A stretch of DNA of 14,498 nt from a virus (lineage: Duplodnaviria; Heunggongvirae; Uroviricota; Caudoviricetes). The position numbers and the translations under genes are program-made. The stretch lies in IMG/VR virus record IMGVR_UViG_2713896909_000003; one strand, given 5' to 3'. The notes beneath the pieces are model-generated. The model saw only the letters and a program-made list of their open reading frames with translations, was not told where the DNA came from and did not search any database. Numbering within the stretch: the stretch's first letter is position 1; each line of letters begins with the position of its first letter. This document shows, in pieces, positions 8,331 through 14,498 of the stretch.

Positions 8331-8671
8331 GGGAAGCCACACTGTATTCCCTGCTGTCTCAATTGGCCGGAGGACAGGTTTATCCTTATGTGGTCCCGCT
8401 GACGGAGGGAAAGCCTGCGGTATCTCCGCCGTGGCTGGTGTTTTCTGTGGTGTCTGACACGGCGTCTGATGTGCTTGATGGTCAGGCTGAATCCAGAATT
8501 ACCGTGCAGATCGATGTCTGGGCAACGGTGCCTGATGACGCAGATGATATCCGAGAACAGGCGCTTGATGCGGTAAGGCAACTTGTACCCTCCGTTATTT
8601 CTAAAACGCAGGGTTATGATCCTGATTCCCGTCTGAGCAGAGCCACGCTTGAATTTCAGGTAATAGCCTGA
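8327..8671 (+). CDS. Tail completion / tail terminator-like protein (DUF3168-like)
   Basis: 114 aa. Start overlaps the previous stop (ATGA). Lies immediately upstream of the major tail gene. Family assignment is from gene order and recalled similarity. Confidence 0.6.
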   Translation: MREATLYSLLSQLAGGQVYPYVVPLTEGKPAVSPPWLVFSVVSDTASDVLDGQAESRITVQIDVWATVPDDADDIREQALDAVRQLVPSVISKTQGYDPDSRLSRATLEFQVIA

Positions 8672-8712
8672 GGTCGTTAATGATTTTACCCACCCGCCGC
8701 TGGCGGACCCCC

Positions 8713-8735
8713 CCCGCCGCTGGCGGGTTTTTTAT
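8713..8735 (+). terminator. Rho-independent terminator upstream of the major tail gene, preceded by a duplicate of its hairpin
   Basis: Stem cccgcc (8713-8718), loop gct, stem ggcggg (8722-8727), then tttttt-a-tttt. The same 13-mer ccgccgctggcgg also occurs at 8694-8706, 20 nt upstream. Confidence 0.6.
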
Positions 8736-8750
8736 TTTCAGGAGACGAGT

Positions 8751-9455
8751 ATGTCCTCTAATTTTGAGCGTTCGCAACTGACGAAAATTATGATTTCGTC
8801 TGCACCGGTAACAGCAGAAACCCTGGATTCTGCCAGCTATCTTGGCCTGAGCTGTACAATCAAAGAGGTGCAGTTTACCGCAGGACAAAAGCAGGATATT
8901 GATGTCACCACGCTGTGTTCTGTTGAGCAGGAAAATATTAACGGTCTTGGTGCCGCGTCAGAGATTTCCATGTCAGGCAACTTTTACCTCAATGCTGCCC
9001 AGAACGCGTTGCGCAGTGCCTATGACAATGACACCACGTATGGCTTTAAAGTTATTTTTCCGTCAGGAAACGGATTTACCTTTATGGCAGAGGTGCGTCA
9101 GCATACCTGGTCTGCAGGAACCAATGGTGTTGTGGCTGCAACGTTTTCCCTGCGCCTGAAAGGTAAACCTGTGCTGATGACAGAGCCGCTGAAAGTGAAG
9201 GTCGATTTAAACAGCACGCTGCAGGTTTCTGCCGGAGCGAAACTCGAAATGATGGTTGAGGCTGCCGGTGGTGTGCCGCCTTATTCTTATGCCTGGAAAA
9301 AAGGTGGTTCTCCTGTTTCCGGACAGACGGCGGCAACGTTCAGTAAGGCATCAGCAGCATCCGGTGATGCGGGTGCGTATACCTGCGAGATTTCTGATTC
9401 AGCAAGCCCGGTTAACAAAGTGACCTCCACTTCCTGCACTGTTACCGTCAGTTAA
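8751..9455 (+). CDS. Major tail (tube) protein with C-terminal Ig-like domain
   Basis: 234 aa, AGGAG Shine-Dalgarno at 8739-8743. The C-terminal ~90 aa has an Ig-like signature (...SGDAGAYTCEISDSASPVNKVTSTSCTVTVS). Confidence 0.8.
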   Translation: MSSNFERSQLTKIMISSAPVTAETLDSASYLGLSCTIKEVQFTAGQKQDIDVTTLCSVEQENINGLGAASEISMSGNFYLNAAQNALRSAYDNDTTYGFKVIFPSGNGFTFMAEVRQHTWSAGTNGVVAATFSLRLKGKPVLMTEPLKVKVDLNSTLQVSAGAKLEMMVEAAGGVPPYSYAWKKGGSPVSGQTAATFSKASAASGDAGAYTCEISDSASPVNKVTSTSCTVTVS

Positions 9456-9469
9456 TGAGGATAGATGTG

Positions 9470-9841
9470 ATGACTAAAAATATCCGTAATCTGGCACTGG
9501 CAACGATGTCGGGGTTTCGCCATAAAACTGTTGATGTGCCTGAATGGGAAGGGGCAACGGTTGTGTTACGGGAACCTTCTGCAGAAGCCTGGTTGCGCTG
9601 GCAGGAGATCGTTAAAGCAAAAGATGATGAGACACCGTTATCCGTTGCGGAGCGCGCCCGCCGAAATCTGGAGGCGGACGTTGAACTGTTCATTGATGTT
9701 CTGTGTGATACCGGGCTGCAACCTGTATTTTCAGAGGATGATCGTGAACAGGTGATTGCCGTGTATGGCCCGGTGCATGCACGGCTTCTTCGCCAGTCTC
9801 TGGAACTGATCAGTGATGCCGGAGAGGTTAAAAAAAAGTAG
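9470..9841 (+). CDS. Tail assembly chaperone (lambda G-like), 0-frame product
   Basis: Located between major tail and tape measure genes. ATG 9470 has a GAGGA Shine-Dalgarno 7 nt upstream; the ORF track's in-frame ATG 9455 (TAATG overlap) is an alternative start. Ends at TAG 9839-9841 directly after the slippery site. Confidence 0.75.
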   Translation: MTKNIRNLALATMSGFRHKTVDVPEWEGATVVLREPSAEAWLRWQEIVKAKDDETPLSVAERARRNLEADVELFIDVLCDTGLQPVFSEDDREQVIAVYGPVHARLLRQSLELISDAGEVKKK

Positions 9842-10143
9842 CGCTTCCGGGGATGCGTTTTCTGATGATGCTGGCGCTCAGGATGGGGCGCACATTGTCA
9901 GAGTTACGCCGGGAAATGTCCGCATCAGAAATCATGATGTGGGCAGAATTTGACAGGTTCAGCCCGCTGGGGGACGAACGGGCTGATATCCGGGCTGCCC
10001 AGATTGTTTCAGCTGTTTACGGTGCGCAGGGGGTCAAAGTGCCACTGAATGATGCGCTTCTTCAGTGGGAGCAGGAGCAGACAGAAGGCGCCTCAGATCC
10101 ATTTGCCGGACTGGAAAACGCGCTTTTAATAGTGTCTCAGTGA
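9470..10143 (+). CDS. Tail assembly chaperone frameshift fusion (GT-like); join(9470..9838, 9838..10143) via -1 frameshift
   Basis: The -1 frame opens exactly at the slippery heptamer (stop TAA at 9829-9831 in that frame) and runs without stops to 10143. The downstream ORF has no Shine-Dalgarno of its own. The G/GT arrangement is conserved in long-tailed phages. Confidence 0.7.
9832..9838 (+). other. Programmed -1 ribosomal frameshift slippery heptamer A_AAA_AAG
   Basis: Heptamer a-aaa-aag at 9832-9838 within an A8 run, identical to the E. coli dnaX slippery site, followed immediately by the 0-frame stop TAG. Confidence 0.7.
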
Positions 10144-10151
10144 GTCAACAT

Positions 10152-10174
10152 AACCGCTTCGGCGGTTTTTTTTC
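10152..10174 (+). terminator. Rho-independent terminator between the chaperone and tape measure genes
   Basis: Stem aaccgc (10152-10157), UUCG-type tetraloop ttcg, stem gcggtt (10162-10167), then a T8 run. Confidence 0.6.
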
Positions 10175-10183
10175 GTCCGGAGA

Positions 10184-13100
10184 ATGAGTGTGGCGACATT
10201 ACGTGAACTGATTATTAAAATTTCGGCAAACTCCCGGTCATTCCAGTCAGAGATCGCCCGGGCTTCGCGTATGGGGCAGGATTACTACCGCACCATGCAG
10301 AACGGAGGCCGGCAGTCTGCTGCTGCATCCCGTGAAATGCGGCGTGCACTGGCAGAAGTGACGGATCAGATAAATACGGCGAAGTCTTCGGCACTGAATA
10401 TGGCGGGGGCATTTGCCGGTGCTTTTGCCACTGGACATCTAATATCTCTTGCGGATGAATGGAGTTCAGTAAATGCCCGTCTGAAGCAGGCCACGCAGTC
10501 AAGTGATGATTTTCAGGCATCACAACGTGAATTAATGGCAATCAGCCAGAGAACGGGGACGGCTTTTTCTGATAACGCCAGCCTTTTTGCCCGCTCTGCA
10601 GCTTCCATGCGGGAGTATGGTTACAGTTCTGAGGAGGTACTGAAAGTCACCGAGGCGCTCTCCACGGGCCTGAAATTATCCGGTGCCAGTACAGCAGAAG
10701 CCAGTTCGGTGATCACGCAGTTCAGCCAGGCACTGGCGCAGGGAGTGCTGCGCGGTGAAGAATTTAACGCCGTGAATGAGAGCGGTGATCGTGTTATTCG
10801 TGCGCTGGCCGTGGGAATGGGCGTTGCCCGTAAGGATCTGAAGGCCATGGCGGATAACGGAAAACTGACCGCCGATAAGGTTGTTCCTGCACTGATTAGT
10901 CAGCTTGGGGCGTTGCGTGATGAATATGCAGCAATGCCTGATACGGTTTCATCCTCTGCAACCAAAGTTGAAAACGCCTTTATGGCCTGGGTTGGTGGTG
11001 CGAACGAGGCAAGCGGAGTGACGAAGACGCTCTCCGGGGTGCTGAATGGTATTGCAGGCAATATTGACACCGTGGCAACCGCTGCCGGTGCTCTGGTTGC
11101 CGTCGGGGTAGCCCGATATTTTGGCAATATGGCGTCTTCTGCTGGATCTGCAACTGCCGGATTAATTACTGCAGCCAGAAACGAAGTGGCTCTTGCGGAA
11201 GCGCAGCTCCGGGGGACGCAGATAGCAACAGCCAGGGCGCGTGCGGCGGTTTATCGTGCGCAACAGGCGGTTGCTGCTGCTCGCGGTACCGAAAGGCAGG
11301 CAGCCGCAGAATCGAAACTGGCTGCTGCCCAGGCGTCACTTACCCGTAATATTGCGGCCAGAACAGCAGCACAGACAACACTGAATAATGTCACGTCAGT
11401 GGGGAGTCGTCTGTTAAGTGGGGCACTGGGACTGGTTGGGGGTGTGCCGGGGCTTGTCATGCTGGGGGCTGCGGCCTGGTACACGATGTATCAGAATCAG
11501 GAGCAGGCCAGAGAATCTGCACGCCAGTATGCCGCAACAATCGACGAAATTCGCCAGAAAACGTCGGCAATGTCGCTTCCTGAAGCGTCAGATAATGAGG
11601 AAAAGACGCGGCAGGCACTGGAGGAACAAAATCGCCTGATTAGCGAACAGGAAGGAAAAATTCGCGGACTGAAAAATCAAATTGCTGATTATCAACGTTG
11701 GCTTGATGAAAGTTCGCAGAGTGGTTCGGGTGCTGAAATCATCCTTAAAGGGCTTGCAGAAGCAACAAATCAACTGGCAGTTGAACAGTCTCGCCTAACT
11801 CAAATGCAGGGCAAAGCGCAATCCATTCAGGATGTGCTTGCCGGGCTGGAGGAGCGACGGGGGGCGTTGATCCGTCAACAGGCGGCGGAACAAAACAAAG
11901 CGTATCAGTCCCTGTTGATCATGAACGGGCAGCATACCGAGTTTAATCGCCTTCTCGGGCTTGGTAATGAATTACTTCAGCAGCGACAGGGGCTGGTGAC
12001 TGCACCATTACGGCTGCCACAGGCCACCCTGGATGATAAGCAGCAGACTGCACTGAATAACAGCAAGCGCGAACTGGCTCTGTCCCGTCTGAAGGGGGAA
12101 GCGCGTGAGCGTGCCCGACTGGGCTATGTTGCGGATGATCTTGGTTTTGTGGGGGAGGCGTATCAGACAGCCAGACAGAATTATATCAATAACTCACTGG
12201 ATGCATGGCGAAATAACCAGGCAAATAAACCCAAAACACATAAAAAGACCGAAGCGGAAAAAACAGAAGATATTTATAAACAGCTGATTAAACAGCAAAA
12301 AGAACAAATAGCACTGGCAGGGCAAAATACTGAACTGGCTAAGATGAAATATCAGGTCAGTCAGGGCGAATTATCAACCCTGTCAGAAGCGCAGAAAAAA
12401 ACGCTTTTACAGAATGCGGCACTCATCGACCAGAAAAAAATTCGCGAGCAGCTTGCCGCGTATGAAAGCAGTCTGGCGGACAGTAACGCCAGTGTCAGAG
12501 CATCAAATGAGGCTCAGTTACTGGGATATGGTGAAGGCTCACGGATGCGTGAACGACTTCAGGAAATGTGGAGTATCCGGCAGGCGTTTGAGCAGAAAAA
12601 TAATGAGCTGCTGAGACAGTATCAGACCGGAGAAATTGAAGAATCCCTGTGGAAACAGGAAAAAGCACTGAATGAAAAATATCTGGAAGAGCGTCTCAAC
12701 GATCAGCAGGATTATTATGCAAAGGCTGATGCTTTACGCAGTAACTGGAATGCCGGACTCCAGGAGGGACTGACGAACTGGGCAGACAGTGCCACTGATT
12801 ATGCTTCGCAGGCGGCAGATGCTGTCGTTTCCACTATGGACGGGCTGGTATCAAATATTTCCGATGCACTGGCCGGGAATGTTGTGGACTGGAGAAACTG
12901 GGGGAGTTCAATTCTCCAGGAAGTTTCAAAAATTCTGATGAACGCTGCCATCGTTAACGGGCTGAAGTCACTTTCCAAAAGCATGTCCGGTGCCGGAGGA
13001 TGGCTTGGTACGGTCGGCGACTGGCTTTCCGGTGCAGTGGCAAACGCAAAAGGTGGTGTTTACACATCGGCAAATCTGAGTGCTTACAGTAACACCATTG

Positions 13101-13402
13101 TGGATACACCGACGTATTTTGCTTTTGCGAAAGGTGCCGGGCTGATGGGCGAGGCCGGGCCTGAAGCTATCATGCCACTGACTCGGGCAGCGGACGGCTC
13201 TCTTGGAGTCAGAGCCATTGGCAATGTGAATGGTGGCGGTGGATTTGTTTATTCTCCCGTGTATCACATCAGCATTCAGAATCAAGGGAGCAATGGCGAG
13301 ACAGATACGCAGTCAGCCAGGGGGCTGGTGGATCTGATCGACAGCAGGGTTGTGTCAATTATGCAGTCATCACGTCGGGACGGAGGATTATGCAGTGCCT
13401 GA
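10184..13402 (+). CDS. Tail tape measure protein
   Basis: 1072 aa, Ala/Gln-rich helical protein with a central hydrophobic Gly-rich segment (GALGLVGGVPGLVMLGAAAW). The C-terminal region (GGVYTSANLSAYSNTIVDTPTYFAFAKGAGLMGEAGPEAIMPL) resembles lambda H. Start may be ATG 10184 or in-frame GTG 10190, which has better Shine-Dalgarno spacing. Confidence 0.88.
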   Translation: MSVATLRELIIKISANSRSFQSEIARASRMGQDYYRTMQNGGRQSAAASREMRRALAEVTDQINTAKSSALNMAGAFAGAFATGHLISLADEWSSVNARLKQATQSSDDFQASQRELMAISQRTGTAFSDNASLFARSAASMREYGYSSEEVLKVTEALSTGLKLSGASTAEASSVITQFSQALAQGVLRGEEFNAVNESGDRVIRALAVGMGVARKDLKAMADNGKLTADKVVPALISQLGALRDEYAAMPDTVSSSATKVENAFMAWVGGANEASGVTKTLSGVLNGIAGNIDTVATAAGALVAVGVARYFGNMASSAGSATAGLITAARNEVALAEAQLRGTQIATARARAAVYRAQQAVAAARGTERQAAAESKLAAAQASLTRNIAARTAAQTTLNNVTSVGSRLLSGALGLVGGVPGLVMLGAAAWYTMYQNQEQARESARQYAATIDEIRQKTSAMSLPEASDNEEKTRQALEEQNRLISEQEGKIRGLKNQIADYQRWLDESSQSGSGAEIILKGLAEATNQLAVEQSRLTQMQGKAQSIQDVLAGLEERRGALIRQQAAEQNKAYQSLLIMNGQHTEFNRLLGLGNELLQQRQGLVTAPLRLPQATLDDKQQTALNNSKRELALSRLKGEARERARLGYVADDLGFVGEAYQTARQNYINNSLDAWRNNQANKPKTHKKTEAEKTEDIYKQLIKQQKEQIALAGQNTELAKMKYQVSQGELSTLSEAQKKTLLQNAALIDQKKIREQLAAYESSLADSNASVRASNEAQLLGYGEGSRMRERLQEMWSIRQAFEQKNNELLRQYQTGEIEESLWKQEKALNEKYLEERLNDQQDYYAKADALRSNWNAGLQEGLTNWADSATDYASQAADAVVSTMDGLVSNISDALAGNVVDWRNWGSSILQEVSKILMNAAIVNGLKSLSKSMSGAGGWLGTVGDWLSGAVANAKGGVYTSANLSAYSNTIVDTPTYFAFAKGAGLMGEAGPEAIMPLTRAADGSLGVRAIGNVNGGGGFVYSPVYHISIQNQGSNGETDTQSARGLVDLIDSRVVSIMQSSRRDGGLCSA

Positions 13403-13736
13403 GTCTGAAGTTTTTAACTGGATCCCCCGCGAGGGGATGGAGACGACACGAAAGCCATCTGTTATTACGGTAAAGTTCGGTGACGGATATGAACAGCGAC
13501 GGGCTGGTGGTCTGAATGCGGATCTGAAAACGTTTAAACCGGTGTTTCGTGTCACAGATGAATATTCCCGTGCTGCGCTGGACAGTTTTTTATCCCGTCA
13601 TGCCGGGATACGTGCTTTTTTGTGGCGTCCGCCAAAACACAACAGAACCGTCCGGGTTGTCTGCAGGGAGTGGAGTATTTCGGATAATGCCATGTATACC
13701 GATTTTAACTGTACCTTTGAAGAGGTCACTCACTGA
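13395..13736 (+). CDS. M: Minor tail protein M (lambda M-like)
   Basis: Contains FGDGYEQRRAGGLNADLKTF, matching lambda M (FGDGYSQRAPAGLNANLKTY). GTG 13395 has a GGAGGA Shine-Dalgarno 7 nt upstream and gives a lambda-M-like length (113 aa). The ORF track's ATG 13350 would overlap the tape measure gene by 53 nt and is less likely. Confidence 0.7.
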   Translation: MPESEVFNWIPREGMETTRKPSVITVKFGDGYEQRRAGGLNADLKTFKPVFRVTDEYSRAALDSFLSRHAGIRAFLWRPPKHNRTVRVVCREWSISDNAMYTDFNCTFEEVTH

Positions 13737-14434
13737 TGCAGGATATACAGCAGGAAACACTGAATGAGTGTACAAAAGCGGAGCAATCCGCGCTGGTCGT
13801 GCTCTGGGAAGTCGATCTGACAGAGGTCGGCGGAGAGCGTTATTTTTTCTGTAATGAGCAGAACGAAAAAGGTGAGCCGGTCACCTGGCAGGGGCGACAG
13901 TATCAGGCGTACCCCATTCAGGGGAGCGGATTTGAGATGAACGGTAAAGGAGCCAGCGCCAGGCCAACGCTGAAAGTCTCTAATCTGCACGGCATGGTCA
14001 CCGGGATGGTGGAAGATTTGCAGAGCCTGGTCGGCGGAACGGTGGTCAGGCGTAAGGTTTACGCCCGTTTTCTGGATGCGGTGAACTTCGTCAACGGAAA
14101 CAGTGACGCCGATCCTGAGCAGGAGGTGATCAGCCGCTGGCGCATTGAGCAGTGCAGCGAACTGAGCGCGGTCAGCGCGAGCTTTGTGCTGTCCACACCG
14201 ACGGAAACGGATGGCGCTGTTTTTCCGGGGCGCACCATGCTGGCCAACACCTGTACCTGGACCTATCGCGGTGATGAGTGCGGTTATCACGGTCCGGCGG
14301 TCGCGGATGAATATGACCAGCCGACATCCGATATCACGAAGGATAAATGCAGCAAATGCCTGAGCGGCTGTAAGTTTCGCAATAACCTCGGCAACTTTGG
14401 CGGTTACCTTTCCATCAACAAACTTTCGCAGTAA
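13736..14434 (+). CDS. L: Minor tail protein L (lambda L-like)
   Basis: 232 aa (MQDIQQETLNECTKAEQSALVVLWEVDLTEVGGERYFFCNEQNEKGEPVTWQGRQYQ...), very close to lambda L as I recall it, including the C-terminal Cys cluster. Start overlaps the M stop (TGATG). Confidence 0.9.
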   Translation: MQDIQQETLNECTKAEQSALVVLWEVDLTEVGGERYFFCNEQNEKGEPVTWQGRQYQAYPIQGSGFEMNGKGASARPTLKVSNLHGMVTGMVEDLQSLVGGTVVRRKVYARFLDAVNFVNGNSDADPEQEVISRWRIEQCSELSAVSASFVLSTPTETDGAVFPGRTMLANTCTWTYRGDECGYHGPAVADEYDQPTSDITKDKCSKCLSGCKFRNNLGNFGGYLSINKLSQ

Positions 14435-14438
14435 ATCC

Positions 14439-14498
14439 ATGACACAGACAGATTCAGCGATTCTGGCGCACGCCCGGCGATGTGCGCCAGCGGAGTCG
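14439..14498 (+). CDS. K: Tail assembly protein K (lambda K-like), 3'-truncated by window edge
   Basis: MTQTDSAILAHARRCAPAES matches the N-terminus of lambda K (MTQTESAILAHARRCAPAES...). Only 20 codons are in the window. Confidence 0.8.
   Translation, partial: MTQTDSAILAHARRCAPAES

Noticed and set aside
8691-8735. Possible CRISPR repeat or other array from the duplicated ccgccgctggcgg motif
   Set aside because: Only two copies of a 13-mer separated by 7 nt, with no spacer-like unique sequences. Structure plus T-run fits a terminator or hairpin duplication.
13730-14440. 236-aa minus-strand ORF exactly antisense to minor tail gene L
   Set aside because: It mirrors a confidently identified plus-strand gene in a GC-rich region where antisense frames stay open by chance. 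It has no ribosome-binding site, its protein is low-complexity and Arg/Ala-rich, and every neighbouring gene is on the plus strand.
1-14498. Search for a hidden defence or cargo system (toxin-antitoxin, restriction, anti-CRISPR, retron, tRNA, integrase or attachment site)
   Set aside because: Every gap over ~50 bp is accounted for (cos region, three terminators, small ORF at 3942-4103). No divergent or minus-strand gene, no promoter-terminator bracketed moron and no RNA-gene-like structure was found. I report the window as a conventional structural module rather than inventing a system.

Overview
The window is one continuous, co-directional (+ strand) late-gene block of an HK97-like lambdoid siphophage or prophage from an enterobacterium. 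In order: the 3' end of a phage-21-type pinholin gene, a SAR endolysin, spanins Rz with embedded Rz1, an HNH endonuclease, a ~150 bp gap that is the likely cos/packaging region, terminase small (P27-type) and large subunits, portal, prohead protease, HK97-type major capsid protein, four head-tail joining and tail completion genes, a major tail protein with a C-terminal Ig-like domain, a tail assembly chaperone pair joined by a -1 frameshift, a 1072-aa tape measure protein, and lambda-like minor tail genes M, L and the start of K. Genes are tightly packed with many stop/start overlaps (TAATG, ATGA, TGATG). I found no tRNA or rRNA, CRISPR array, integrase, attachment site or recognisable defence or cargo gene, and no convincing minus-strand gene. 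I do not see a novel multi-gene system here. The items most worth a second look are an unannotated small two-transmembrane ORF between the large terminase and portal genes, the dnaX-type slippery heptamer in the chaperone gene, three intrinsic terminators inside the operon (one beside a duplicated GC hairpin), and a low-GC segment inside the tape measure gene. All family assignments are from reading the translated ORFs and recalling known phage proteins; no database search or identity calculation was run.
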